Shown here: one piece after another, positions 52,401-61,657 of the stretch
How positions within the stretch are numbered: the first letter of the stretch is position 1
Layout: each line of letters begins with the position of its first letter
Source of the DNA: Octopus vulgaris
Lineage: Eukaryota
Direction: 5' to 3'
Length of the DNA stretch: 64,000 bases
Assembly (NCBI GenBank): GCA_951406725.2
Contig: OX597816.1
Coordinates: 77,624,001-77,688,000, forward strand
Notes under the pieces: model-generated
Told to the model about the DNA's origin: nothing
Databases searched by the model: none
What the model saw: only the letters and a program-made list of their open reading frames with translations
Made by a program: the position numbers and the translations under genes

Positions 52401-55400
52401 TTAAAAATCAGACCAGCTCTACAGTCTCAACAACAACAATAACAACTACTGCTGCAAGCACTGTTGAGGATTTATTCAACAAAATCAAGAAATCTACTCT
52501 GCCTTCTAGTCTTGCTGCTGCATCTACTAGTGGCCAGCAAAACAAGCCTGAAGTGAAGGATCTCCTAGGTGAATTCACACAGAGGATAGCAGACAAAAAG
52601 CCAGAAAGCACTGCACCCAAACCAGCTGCTGGCAGTTTACCTACTGCCCTCCAGAATCTCTTCAGCCAAGTATCTCGCAGTACTCTCTCAGCAAACCAGC
52701 TCCAAAGCTCTGGGTCAACCCCTAAAGCAACTAATGCAGCTGCCAATGTATTGCTGCCTATAAAGCTTGCTGCTGGTGGTAATTCAGTTTTGAGTAATTT
52801 AGTCACGTCTAGTATGTCTCAGCCATCTGGTACTTATAGTAACAGCAGTAATAGCTCTATGGGTCTGGCTTCTGAGCCAGTGAACACTAACAATGGTGCA
52901 TTGAACTTGTTGTCTTTGACAACCACATCTTCTATACAGCCGACACCGAGTCCACTTGCATCTGTAGCAAGCTCTTTACCAAAAGACCAAGCTTTATCGT
53001 CACTGGTGCAAAGTTCACCAATTTCAGTTGCTGGTTGGTCAAAGATTGCAGAAACCTTGGCTTCATTAGCTAAGGTTCATAGTGTGAACCTGCCAGCACA
53101 AAATAAAGCTGCAGGGCTCCATTCTAATAGTACAACTGGCAGTATTACTGCCATCACTCCTACCACTACCACTACTACCGTTAATTCTTACACATCTCTG
53201 CCTTCTACTCCAACAATTGACACTGCTATTACTACTTCCACAGCCATCCACTCCACTACTACCACTACAGCTACTACCACTAACAATAGTGGATTAACTC
53301 AGTCTAGTTTCTCTGCATTTTCACTGGGTGGCAATAGATCAAATCTCTCTGGTAGCCAAAAGACAATTTCTCAGTATGAAAAGTTTGACTCCACATCATC
53401 CCAGTTAATTAACATTGAAAAGAAGCCAGAAAATGCAACCTCTAAGACATCCGAAACTAATAAGGGGGCAAGTGTTCGAATAGCTTTCTCCACAGGGCCA
53501 AAACACCCATTAGTTCCTCATGCTGTTTTTAAGGAAGAAGAAAAACCAAAACTGACAACACTAATGTCAGAACCTAAAATTCCAGGGCTTGGTTTAGATG
53601 AGGAAGATGAAATAGTGACAGCTTCAAACCAAGCTCTGAAAGAGACTGCCTTTCTCAGTCGTGCTAAGTTCGAGACTTTGACAACTTTAACTAAAACAGA
53701 TACTTTCTTATCCAGTGGTGTGAAATCAGATTCTTTCCTATCTAGTGGTCTTAATCCAGATTCCTTCATAAACAAATGGAAAGAGGTAGAGAACAAAATT
53801 GAATCTGTAAATGTGTCTGGTAAGTCTGAAAATGATGAGAAAGTTCAGCCAGAGCCTTCAAAAGCGGCTGAAGTAGTGTTAGATTCTACGAAAATTCAAT
53901 CATCCGAAAGTATTGTAGATAATCAGAAAAATGAGACACCTCAATATGAAGTGTCGAATGCTGTAAAAAGCAAGTTTGAAAATAACAAAGAATCAGTAAA
54001 GAACCGTTCATCTGAAGGGCATCAAGAACCACCTGCTCGATCTAGGGAAAGTCATCATGATTCTAAGAGTCGACCAAGTAGTGACTCATCGAAAGATAGT
54101 CGCAGACAATCTGACAGTGACCGTAAAAGAAGTCATTACTCTGATAGCAGTTCCTCCAAAAGCAGCAGCAGTCGCTATTCTGAACGTAGCGAACGTCATG
54201 GATACTCGAGGCATTCCAGAAGTAGAGACTATTCTGACAAACGTGATAGAGACTACCGAAAGGACTATAGTAACACTGAGTCACGAAGTCGAGATCGTGA
54301 TTATGATCGAGACCGTGACAGAGATAGAGACAGGGACAGAGACTATGAGCATAGTTCTTCTAGATCTCGTGACAGATCTCGGGATCTCAAGGACTACAGG
54401 AGGTCATCTAGTTCTAAAGGGGATGAACGCTCCTCATCTAAAAAGAATTCTGAAAAGGGAGATAAATTTGTGTCTACTGCTAGTGAAGAGAGTAATCGAT
54501 ATGGTGATGTGGATGAGAGGAAGAAAATGTATTCAACAACACCGGCTTACCCAGAAGCAGGCAGTAGGTTCTCTGCTGATAAAAAAGATATGGCATCATT
54601 CCACAGTGGTGCTAAACAGTTCAAAGATGCTGATGGTAAGAGTGAAAGCAAAGATTATAAAGCTATTTCTTTCATGAGCCAAGATCAAGATCTCCGTAAA
54701 GGCCTATCTGGAGTGCCAAACACTTCTATACCAGCTGTTGCACAACCTATTCCAACATTAACATCTAATATTCATGAAGAGTTTCCTCGAGATGTAGACC
54801 ACCGCAAACATAGCCTGTCTTGGCAGGGTGCCTATGAGCCTAACAACAAAGATGCTACTGAAGAATCAAATGCTTCTTTTTGGAGCAGTCACGGTGATGT
54901 TGATTACCGTACACAAAACAGTTCTGTTATTGCAGCCTCTAGAACTGCTGCTCACCCTCCTGTATTACCATCTGGTAATCTAGCAGGGTGGGGGAGTCAT
55001 TCAGTGCCTGGACAGCCTACAGCCAGTGCACCTTCCAGTTTTCAGCCCATTTCCACTGTTCTCCATCAACGGTCAGTAAATGCCAAACCAGGTAATCTCA
55101 TGGAAACTGGCAATCAAGCTGACCAAGATATGAGGAAACAGTCACGACCAGGTATACCCCCCAAAATAGAAGTCATTCTTCCACGACCTACAGCAAAAGA
55201 CTTTTTTGGCAGTGTGGAATCTGAAAGCGGTGATTCAGTTGCTCAGCCCCCATCACTTTTTGAAGTAGATTCCTCAATTCATTCCAGAACTTCAGCTCCT
55301 TTTAAATCTCATGGAAATTCTAATGAATCTCTAGGTTCATTGCACCCAGTAATGAGTAAGTGGAGTACCACCCAAGAGAAACTAGTGCCACCTGGATTAG

Positions 55401-56854
55401 CTTCTCCACTAGATGTGGATGACCGCCCAAATGCTTATCGGACGGCTAACACAGCAGTATCACCAGCCGGCCAAGGTTTGCCAGGTGACTCCTTAAGTTC
55501 ATCCCAATTGCTTAAAGTGCCCCCTGTAGATTCATCACACACCCAAGAAGCTGTGTTTTACACAACTGCTGCAACTAGTCATTCTGAACTTACTCCCAAC
55601 AGCAGTGGTGGCACTACTACATCAGCTGCACCTCAAGAAACCCGTCCACTCATGTCAGTAGCGAATTCCTCTTCTGTGATCGATCCAGACTCGTTATCAT
55701 CAGTTTGTAAGGGGCAGATACCTCTCCCATATTGCACGCCCAATCCTACTTCATCTCATCAAGGATATGCTCCACCTCCTCCTCCTCCCCCTCAGCACAT
55801 GCAGCCTGCTGTTGAAATTTCGTCAGACAGGCTACAACAAAGTGTTCAGTGGGAGGGCTGTACATCTACCTCAAGTATAGCTTTGTCTGAGCACTCTGCA
55901 CCACCACCACCTCAACAACAACAACCCCCACCACAACCACAAGCTAAACTCCAGCAACATATCACCGGTAGGACTGAACATGAGGTCAGTAACAATAGCC
56001 TGCTGAAGTCCCACCACCAACTACAGCAGACTTGGTCTCAAGTAGATTCTTCCAAGCAACCACAACTACCACCACCACCACCACCACCACCACATCAGCA
56101 ACCTTCAGTTGTCTCTGTTGGTCAGTATTATGAACATGCAAGTTATAGTGATGTCTCACCAGTAACAGTAGCATCAAACATTTCATTTTCATCCACACCA
56201 CCACCACCACCACCTCCGCTGTCTTCATCGTCTTCATCAACGCCGTCATCTACCACCACAGTGGCCAGCGGCGGGACCCCTGGCTCCTTGCCACCACCCC
56301 CACCCCCACCACCATCCCAGACACCCATCATTCCACCAGTTGGTCAGTCGTCAGTAAGACCTGGCCTGGGTGGGCAGTACACTCAACTGCGAGAGCGAGG
56401 TGGAGGGTATGGTGGGGAAAGTGCTGTCTCTGGCGGATCACCATCGCAACCACCTCCGCCACCATCATCTCTGCATCGAGGCTCTCGGTTCCTCAACCCA
56501 CCACCTCCTCCACCACCGATGCAGTCAGCACCTTCTCAGCCCCAGCCATTACAGCCACCTATTCCTGGCAGCGGCGGAAGCAGCAGCAGCAGTAGTAGTA
56601 GCCCTTATAATATGCCCCCTCGGACAGACTTTCCAACCGGAAAACTGCCAGGGCAGCGAGGTTTTGCAGGTGGTCCCAGACAAGGTTTCCAACCGCCAAG
56701 AACTAATTTCAATGCTGGTCCACATGGCAGTGTTGGTGGAAATGGTGGCGGCAGCAACAATAATAACAACAATAATAGCAGTGTCCCTAGGGAAGAGCAA
56801 GGAAGTGGAAGTGGGCAGTATTCACACCATCGAGGGGTTAGCCGTTTTAACTGA
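10048..56854 (+). CDS. DIDO1: Multi-exon gene: DIDO1/PHF3 family (Drosophila pps-like) chromatin/Pol II regulator, 22 coding exons, about 4,003 aa in window
   Basis: Manual splicing gives 22 GT-AG exons with consistent phases and one continuous ORF ending at TGA 56852-56854. Recognisable motifs: PHD C4HC3, CIGAGC..VYCSDECIVRHA, BRK, TFIIS-M (KYKARYRSLIFNIKD, MTADELAS), KKTHKGE, HLFDLNCKICTG, SPOC (VWKGFIHM, GRI, RCGV, KDMYIVPL), KPYDPEE. DIDO1 versus PHF3 cannot be separated because they are vertebrate paralogs. Confidence 0.92.
11028..11440 (+). mobile_element. SINE head + (TG)n/(TGCA)n + RTE-derived 3' tail
   Basis: Same structure as 7232-7635. Confidence 0.75.
12580..12905 (+). CDS. DIDO1: Exon 2 (DDFRGLASVAVTDHAY...TPTNIR)
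   Basis: tttgtag acceptor, gtaaat donor, phase 0 to 2. Confidence 0.8.
14830..15370 (+). CDS. DIDO1: Exon 3 (RSTRISEAEQ... charged helix and Thr-rich segment)
   Basis: ttgcag acceptor, gtaagt donor, phase 2 to 0. Confidence 0.85.
16643..17905 (+). CDS. DIDO1: Exon 4 (Ser/Lys-rich, GRPKR, poly-Glu)
   Basis: ttttcag acceptor, gtaagc donor, 421 open codons, phase 0 to 0. Confidence 0.85.
17801..17857 (+). repeat. Coding (GAA)n poly-Glu tract
   Basis: Seen directly in exon 4. Confidence 0.95.
18241..18451. mobile_element. Tc1/mariner-like MITE
   Basis: tacaagggtgtgctgaaaaggtcctggcttt and inverted aaagtcaggaacttttca..gta; TA ends. Confidence 0.65.
18491..20032 (-). mobile_element. 5'-truncated RTE-clade LINE (copy A), related subfamily, with expanded 3' UTR minisatellite
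   Basis: C-terminal ORF 19264-19731 closely similar to copy B; begins mid-PHD; TGA at 19918-19920 replaces the last PHD Cys; same 3' tail. Confidence 0.93.
18665..19216. repeat. About 61-bp GC-rich minisatellite, about 9 units, in the RTE 3' UTR
   Basis: Anchor ggtgcttttacgtg recurs near 18670, 18732, 18792, 18853, 18914, 18976, 19037, 19098, 19159. Confidence 0.95.
20044..22106 (-). mobile_element. 5'-truncated RTE-clade LINE (copy B): intact RT ORF with inserted PHD finger, 3' UTR and (GAT)n tail
   Basis: ORF 22106-20655 open: YRGIKLL, QFGF, FVDMEKAFDRV, GVHQGSVLSPLLF, LYADD, FRYLG, RLRWYGHV, GRGRPRKTW; tail ..GGACGCTAAAC(GAT)n; flanked by (TA)n. Confidence 0.95.
22460..22785 (-). mobile_element. 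Same SINE family, degenerate copy
   Basis: Reverse-complement similarity to 40895-41293. Confidence 0.7.
23143..23199 (+). CDS. DIDO1: Exon 5, 57-nt mini-exon (AASSEVPVTPAKKLTKKEK)
   Basis: tttcag acceptor, AAG/gtagtg donor, phase 0 to 0, composition continuous with flanking exons; too short for the ORF track. Confidence 0.65.
24547..25399 (+). CDS. DIDO1: Exon 6 (KAAALQAKAEQEE E/K/R/A helix, Ser-rich)
   Basis: ttacag acceptor, gtaagt donor, phase 0 to 1. Confidence 0.85.
26280..26385 (+). CDS. DIDO1: Exon 7, N-terminal part of the PHD finger (GKTCTICNMVQDN)
   Basis: ttttag acceptor, gtaagt donor, phase 1 to 2, supplies the first CxxC. Confidence 0.85.
26472..26690 (+). mobile_element. piggyBac-like MITE, copy 3
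   Basis: ttaa tcctttagcatt ... aatgctaatggg tcaa. Confidence 0.78.
27078..27268 (+). CDS. DIDO1: Exon 8, rest of the PHD finger (YLVDCDICRKSFHGHC...FVCDNC)
   Basis: tttcag acceptor, gttggt donor, phase 2 to 1, completes C4HC3. Confidence 0.88.
27911..28465 (+). mobile_element. Host V-SINE-like element (interrupted)
   Basis: A-box tggcctagtgg, B-box ggttcgaatc, cctgcgatggactggcgtcccatccagg. Confidence 0.75.
27947..28178 (+). mobile_element. MetaSINE-like element nested in the tRNA head of a V-SINE-like element
   Basis: Central gcctttcatcctttcggggtcgataaattaagtacca; 16-bp TSD ggttagagca(c/g)tggat at 27931-27946 and 28179-28194. Confidence 0.85.
28935..29302 (-). mobile_element. Same SINE family copy
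   Basis: ctaccaaatccacttacaagg...ggaaccatgtggttgggaagcaagcttcttaccacacagcca. Confidence 0.8.
29399..29490 (+). CDS. DIDO1: Exon 9 (VPVQVDASVSDK...KKTK)
   Basis: cctgtag acceptor, gtatgt donor, phase 1 to 0 as needed to bridge exons 8 and 10. Confidence 0.8.
29921..30961 (+). CDS. DIDO1: Exon 10 (Thr-rich octapeptide repeats, K/D/R-rich segment)
   Basis: ttaacag acceptor, gtaatt donor, phase 0 to 0. Confidence 0.85.
30098..30514 (+). repeat. Coding 24-bp tandem repeat (TTPVSTTK-like octapeptides, about 17 units)
   Basis: Recurrent actcctgtgtccactacaaa and the corresponding peptide periodicity. Confidence 0.9.
31295..31715 (+). mobile_element. Same SINE family, degenerate full-length copy
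   Basis: Collinear with 40895-41293. Confidence 0.75.
32075..32705 (+). mobile_element. Older RTE 3' end (ORF C-terminal remnant, about 5 degenerate UTR repeat units, tail)
   Basis: GLTEAMTSD*DFWQFAVLEKT remnant; repeated ggcatgtaaaaagcacc; tail catgccagcatggaaacgacgatgat. Confidence 0.85.
33108..33269 (+). CDS. DIDO1: Exon 11, DIDO-type Cys/His zinc motif (QCIGAGCKKDARTGSVYCSDECIVRHA)
   Basis: tttcag acceptor, gtgagt donor; resembles the DIDO1 CIGPGC...SVYCSNDCILKHA motif. Confidence 0.92.
33497..34042 (+). mobile_element. piggyBac-like MITE, copy 4 (interrupted by a SINE)
   Basis: ttaa ccttttagcatt ... aatgctaaaagg ttaa, perfect TIRs. Confidence 0.82.
33533..33855 (-). mobile_element. 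tRNA-derived SINE with CORE-like domain nested inside a TTAA MITE
   Basis: Minus strand ggcacgtggcttagtggttaggg...gagttcaattccc...gtgtccttgagcaagacacttt; splits the MITE at 33497-34042. Confidence 0.8.
34780..34980 (-). mobile_element. Degenerate MetaSINE-like copy
   Basis: Reverse complement resembles 27947-28100. Confidence 0.65.
35256..35478 (+). CDS. DIDO1: Exon 12, BRK domain (VVVLERKSGRILTGPTAPT...LREWLTEHPTFEV)
   Basis: ttccag acceptor, gtaatc donor, phase 0 to 1; BRK consensus as in Drosophila PPS. Confidence 0.92.
36250..37615 (+). mobile_element. Decayed, internally deleted RTE LINE: APE endonuclease and linker fused directly to the 3' tail
   Basis: AYAPQPG, SQIDYILIR, QHRLVVSDF, MKTGKAPGPSGITAEMLK, IPNDW..STIVNCYKG with stops and frameshifts, then tail catgccagcatggaaaatggatgttaaatgatgatg. 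Confidence 0.9.
37830..37989 (+). CDS. DIDO1: Exon 13, start of the TFIIS central domain (DVRLNVKKSLHEALSNR)
   Basis: attcag acceptor, gtaaac donor, phase 1 to 2. Confidence 0.88.
38054..38210 (-). repeat. About 160-bp interspersed repeat within (TA)n, possibly a Penelope-like pLTR; other copies at 49216-49386 and 49712-49820
   Basis: Three alignable copies; contains gaagagcgtaagctcgaaacgt on the minus strand. Confidence 0.55.
38490..38649 (+). CDS. DIDO1: Exon 14, TFIIS central domain (IEEELHRLY...KYKARYRSLIFNIKDSNNK)
   Basis: ttgcag acceptor, gtaagt donor, phase 2 to 0; TFS2M consensus. Confidence 0.93.
40895..41293 (+). mobile_element. Full-length tRNA-derived SINE (head, central microsatellite, 3' module)
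   Basis: A-box-like tggctgtgtggt, B-box-like ggtttagtccc, ggcaccttgggcaagtgtctt core; more than 10 related copies in the window. Confidence 0.85.
41880..41996 (+). CDS. DIDO1: Exon 15, TFIIS central domain (GLFRKIL...LVRMTADELASPELSQWR)
   Basis: T-tract plus aag acceptor, gtaagc donor, phase 0 to 0. Confidence 0.92.
42640..42879 (+). mobile_element. Degenerate RTE 3' tail fragment
   Basis: aaaagcac repeats, gtggttggcattaggaaggg, gtccaacccatgcttgcatggaaa, (GAT)n. Confidence 0.8.
43050..43172 (+). CDS. DIDO1: Exon 16 (TLEMIEQRE...KKTHKGEV)
   Basis: ttgtag acceptor, gtaaat donor, phase 0 to 0; family KxTHKGE motif. Confidence 0.92.
43330..43692 (-). mobile_element. RTE 3' UTR/tail fragment with three 63-64 bp repeat units
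   Basis: Near identical to the tails at 18491 and 20044; unit gtgccaccgacacaggtgccagacgaggctg repeated three times. Confidence 0.9.
44398..44840 (+). CDS. DIDO1: Exon 17 (DTTDCHRKHLFDLNCKICTG)
   Basis: accag acceptor, gtatgt donor, phase 0 to 2; motif characteristic of DIDO1/PHF3. Confidence 0.92.
45110..45290 (+). mobile_element. Degenerate RTE 3' tail fragment
   Basis: ttggcattaagaagagcacccagc ... ccacccatgccagcttggaaaatggacattaaagatgatgatg. Confidence 0.7.
46273..46423 (+). CDS. DIDO1: Exon 18, start of the SPOC domain (VWKGFIHMQDLVKFMTTAYRLSG)
   Basis: tttcag acceptor, gtaagt donor, phase 2 to 0. Confidence 0.92.
46680..47250 (+). mobile_element. Decayed DNA transposase relic, Chapaev3 (CMC)-like
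   Basis: LPPLHIKFGIMKLFAKALD...FPGLSSEKIKSGLFDGPQIR, then frameshifted HSHLDRFPENLGDTSDKQGECFHQ and MMAEYCW; superfamily assigned from remembered motifs. Confidence 0.75.
48297..48386 (+). CDS. DIDO1: Exon 19, SPOC domain (ELQDTVHVCGRIAPELIWDYL)
   Basis: cttcag acceptor, gtgagt donor, phase 0 to 0. Confidence 0.92.
48528..48723 (+). CDS. DIDO1: Exon 20, SPOC domain (DICVLRF...YLNSRGRCGVV...KDMYIVPL)
   Basis: ttacag acceptor, gtaatt donor, phase 0 to 1. Confidence 0.93.
48837..49119. mobile_element. hAT (Charlie-like) MITE
   Basis: Perfect 8-bp TSD gtctaaag (48829-48836, 49120-49127); TIR cagtgattcccaaa / tttggtaaccactg. Confidence 0.9.
49424..49696 (+). mobile_element. RTE 3' UTR/tail fragment next to a (TA)n tract
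   Basis: Two repeat units plus canonical tail ggacgttaaac(gat)n. Confidence 0.9.
50358..50921 (+). CDS. DIDO1: Exon 21, end of SPOC (GLEDNRPHMLLGVIVRQK) and Y-x-P rich linker
   Basis: tttag acceptor, gtaagt donor at 50922, phase 1 to 1. Confidence 0.9.
52161..56854 (+). CDS. DIDO1: Exon 22, 4.7-kb terminal coding exon (PYDPEE, poly-Pro, S/T-rich, RD/RS dipeptides, Pro/Gln/Gly tail)
   Basis: ttttcag acceptor in phase 1, contains the 1536-aa ORF, stop TGA. Confidence 0.92.
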
Positions 56855-56914
56855 AAAGGTCGGTATATGACAATGAAAATCACATTAACCACTTATTAAA
56901 TGGATTATGATTAA

Positions 56915-56917
<3 letters not shown>

Positions 56918-56962
<45 letters not shown>
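56918..56962. repeat. (ATT)n microsatellite in the 3' UTR
   Basis: Seen directly. Confidence 0.95.
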
Positions 56963-56963
<1 letters not shown>

Positions 56964-57677
56964 TTTACTACTACTACAACTGTTATTTTTATTTGGGAGT
57001 GCCAATAACTGACTACAATAAACTCATATAAAAATTTTTTCCCCCAATTACTACTAATATTTTTTTTTCCCGTTTCACTCACCTTCAATTTGTCACCTCT
57101 CTCTCTCTATCTATCTTTCTCTCTCTCTCTCTCTTCATCACAGCAGTCATATATACATTTGTACTTGTATATATGTTGCAGAATTGATACTTGAAAACTT
57201 CAGAAAGTGAGAAAGACAAAAAAGATTTGAGACATCTCCTCACTTTGCCAACATCCAAACCTGGAAAAAAGAAAATAAAAAAAAGAAAAAAGAAAAAAAA
57301 AAGCTTAAAAAAGAATGAAAATATGAAGCCAAACAAAACAACAAAACATACACACACACATAAATTGGAAAAAAGAAAAAAAAATCAACACAAAATTAGT
57401 ATTATTCATAAATAGGACAAACTTAGAAGGATAAAATGATAAAGAGTAAAAAGAAAAAAAAAAGCCTTGAAAATTTTTTTTATAAGACAAAAATAATTCT
57501 TTCATTTTGTTCTTTTTAAATTTGGAAAAGTGAAAAAAAAAGAAAAATTATATCATGTATACTTTCTTTATTTTTTTTGTTCTCCAATTTGGTTTTTTTT
57601 TTTTTTCACCCTCAACAAACTATTTTTTATATTAGGGAGAAGAAAGTTGAAGAATTTTAGTGGAAATGAAAACAACT

Positions 57678-57757
57678 AATAAAACAATTGGAATTTAGCC
57701 GATGATCTTGAAGAAGAGGAAATGGGAAGTGAAAAAAAAAAAAAAATCAATAATAAA
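57678..57757 (+). promoter_or_regulatory. Candidate polyadenylation signals (AATAAA at 57678 and 57752) in the 3' UTR
   Basis: Hexamers downstream of the stop; the region is A-rich so chance matches are likely. Confidence 0.25.
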
Positions 57758-59184
57758 AGACTGTTTCTAGAAATTACCACTATTTGTGGCATTTGGAATA
57801 GAGAATTTTCCTAGCAGCTCACTATTTACAGAGAAAGGGAAGTCAGCTAAGGCTTCATTAAAGGAAGAAAAAGAGAAAGTTACTTAAATGCTGTGTGTGC
57901 AAGTTTGTGCATGTATAGAAAAAAAAATATATATGTATCTTATGTGTGCATGTATATATGTATATATAATATATATGTGAGTGGGTGTATATATATATGT
58001 ATATATAAAATCATTGTTTTAATGTCTACTATTCCATGCTTGCATGGGTCAGATAGCATTTTTTGAGATAGATTTTTCTACAGCCAGATCTTCACCTGTT
58101 TCCAAACAAGGTAATGTTTCTTTTACACATGAGCAGCTCAGTGGTCAGACATGGTTTCACAGAAGATTACAAACAAACACTGCTGTTTCTATGACCATGA
58201 TGTTTGTTTATGAACTCTTGATGCCAAGGCAAGGAGACACAGTAATGCTTACACACACACACACATGCACACAGAGTAGGCTTCCCTTCAGTTTCCTTTG
58301 ATCAAATTTACTTGCAAGGCTTTGGTCAGCATAGGGCTATAATAAGATGCTTGACCAAGGTGTGACATAGTGGGACTGACTCCCAAAACTACATGGTTGC
58401 ATAGTAAATGTCTTGTCCACACAGCTATGCCTGTGCCATGATACACACACACATGGATATACATATATATCATATGTATGCATGTATGTTTGTGTATATA
58501 TATATATCTATGATTATATATTATGGTACACACACACACACATCTAAAAATAATTTTTAAACTTTTTCTTTTCTGCTGCTTTGTATAAAAGTTTTATTTT
58601 TCTCTTAATTTTTAAAAAGCAGAAATCACTCAATTCATACAGAAAATGTTAAAAAAAAAAAAAAAAAAACCAAACCATTTATTCATTACTGTGAATTTTA
58701 CTTTTATTTCAGAAATCTATTTAGCTTGAGGTTTTTATATATTTATAGTAGAATTTCAGAGAATTAACCACTTAATAAGCACCATTTTGATGGTGCTAAT
58801 GAGTAAAGTAGAGGTCCATTAGTGTGGTTTCATTTTATTTTTCACTCTTCATTATTATACTTTTGCTAGTTGAGTAAGTTCTATAATAACTCTGCTTGTT
58901 TGCATTCAATGTATTTATGATGACTTGTGTTAATATGAGGTGAGTTTTAGGACACTGAGGAATGGAGTAATATGTCCAATTACCACTCACACGAAGAAAT
59001 ATGTTTACACTCAGCTCATACTTAAACAACGTATGTATCAATTACTTTTATGCATTTGTAAACATACACACATCTCAGCTTCACTGCACACTAGCTCAAT
59101 ATTCTGAAGAATTTATTCAAAACATTGTCTGCACTGTAAATGCTGATTTAATTGCATAGCAGCATGTGTATGTATGAGCCTCTG

Positions 59185-59216
<32 letters not shown>

Positions 59217-59854
59217 AACCCCAAATACCCACTATGTTGTTCTGTGGCAGGCCACCTGAATGCCTCATCGCCACTGTCTCTTCATAGCTCCTCAACAAGA
59301 ACCTGCTCTGACCCCCCCCCCAATCCCTTCCATCTTCTCTCACACTTTAAACCCTCATCGCGTAGCATAAAACCGATTCCTCCCTCATTCGGGGTTTGTG
59401 GTCTTGCGAGCTGCATGGCGGCCTCAATAGTGCTGATAACACGAAAAACGCACACAGTACACCCAATATAATGGTTGGTATTAGGAAATGCATCAAGCTA
59501 TAAAAACCATGCCAAAACCAACATTGGAACACAATGCAGTCCTCGGACCCATTGGATCCTGTCAAACCGTCCAAACCCTGTCAGCATAGAATAGGAACAT
59601 TAAATGATGATGATGCTGGAATGGTTGAAGCATCGAAAAACATGAATTAAAGAATTTCTGTTTCTTTACATCCATAGTTCAAATCACGCCGATGTCAACT
59701 TTGCCTTTCATCCTTTTGGGATCGATAAAATGAAGTACCGGTCAAATAATGGAGTCGATTATACCGATTTACTCCTCTTCTAAATATTGCTGACCTTGTG
59801 CCTAAAATACAAGTCATGTATATATGCACCTATGTGCTTGCCATATATCTATAT

Positions 59855-60174
59855 TCTTTTACTCTCTTTTATTTGTTTCAGTCATTTGACTGTGGCCATG
59901 CTGGAGCACCTCCTTTAGTCGAGCAAATCGACCTCAGGACTTATTCTTTGTAAGCCTAGTACTTATTCTATCGGTCTCTTTTGCCGAACCACTAAGTTAC
60001 GGGGACGTAAATACACCAGCATCGGTTGTAAAGCGATGTTGGGGGGAAAAAACACAGACACAAACATATATACACACGTACATATATATATATATATATA
60101 TATATACGACGAGCTTCTTTCAGTTTCCGCCTACCAAATCCACTCACAAGGCTTTGGTCGGCCCGAGGCTATAG

Positions 60175-60175
<1 letters not shown>
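59855..60175 (-). mobile_element. Same SINE family, CpG-rich copy lacking the 5' head
   Basis: High similarity to the reverse complement of 40985-41293. Confidence 0.85.
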
Positions 60176-60216
<41 letters not shown>

Positions 60217-60419
60217 TGACGTCATAAGAATTTATAAGTATCAGGAGAACGTGAAATAATTATTTTGGGGAACTGTATCTCGAAGCACATAAAGCTGTAA
60301 ATAATAGTGTCCGGCAGGCAGCCTTCAATTTTTTTTTATCCAAAGGGTTTTTTTTAAACCCAATATTAACCTGCTATTTATCGCTATATGTACTTCAAGA
60401 TTTACTGTTCCAGCAAAGA

Positions 60420-60775
60420 ATTATTCAATCCATCCGTCTTCTCCACCTATTATTCCTGGGAGGGTCATGGGGATAGAGTTCCCAGGCACCTCCACAATGG
60501 GTTTCTATCAGGAGTAACTGTCATTAGACTTTCCATCTGGGTTCTCAAACGTGACCGGCTCAAGTCATGGATGTTATCCAACCATCTTGTTCTTGGTCTA
60601 TCCTTAGGTCTCCTGCCAGTTGATACAGCTTGAAGAACCCGTCTTGTAATTCTTCCCAAAACATTATAGTCGCATACCTGTCGTACTGGAGCTTTAACCT
60701 CTCAATGCGCATAAGTAGAGGCTCGACCAAGAGAGCCTCCTTAATCTTCGAGCCATGTGTCCTGTTGAGTAACGC
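60420..60775 (-). mobile_element. 3' fragment of a different non-LTR retrotransposon (RTE/L2-like C-terminus)
   Basis: RITRRVLQAVSTGRRPKDRPRTRWLDNI matches the G.R.RGRPR.RW.D motif. Confidence 0.7.
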
Positions 60776-61657
60776 TTAGTATCACTATGTGATACAAGTG
60801 AATGCAGGGCATATCAATATGCTGTATTTGATTGGGAGTGAATGCATGTCAAATGTGAACTAATTGTTGGAATTAGTATGTGTAAATGTTTCTATGGTTG
60901 GGAGTTGGATGGATTTGTAAGAATGAATGTAATAATCTGTGTGTGTAACTAAAGCAGTATTAAATTAAAGTAATCACTTATGCATCATATTTAATGCACA
61001 TACACTGTTGGCGGGCATGTTACTGCGGTTTTCGCCCTTATGGCCGTACTGCGTTTAGAAACAAAATTCATGGGAGGGAAACGAAAAATGGCCCCTGCAA
61101 CAAGAACGTCAGATGCATTTCGGTCTTCTTATGCATTGTTAATGACGTTTACTCGAAGCCATATGCTTAGACAAGAATTCATCATATACAGATAGGAATC
61201 CACTGATATTACGTATAGCCGCTGAGCTGAATAAATAATCCGGTGTGCGTAACTGAAGTATTAAAATGAAACAGCCTTCTATGTATCATATCTAATGTGT
61301 GTGCACTGTTGATAAGGCTGGTTTCTACAGTTTTCGTTCAAGGCTGTTTTAATGTATTATGTTCCGAGTATGACTGAAAATGAAAAAAAATCTAAAATTG
61401 TGCTTGCTTGTAAGTGCACCTTTATTCACGTTTATTCTAGCTATTTAAAAATTCTTGAGGACGGTCCTCCCCTTCGATAGTCACTACTTATAGCTCAGTT
61501 AGTAGGTTTTACGCACACATTTCGAAGCTTTTGCTAGTGACTGACCACACTTATGAAGCCAATCTCCGGTGAAACTTTGTAGTTAATCTTTACATTTTCC
61601 TTCTAAAAATTAATATCCATCCACCCACCCGCCCATCCATCCATCTAGCCATTATTA

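Noticed and set aside
60930-61340. Degenerate direct repeat with about 300-bp period
   Set aside because: Old diverged duplication with no termini or coding signal that could be classified
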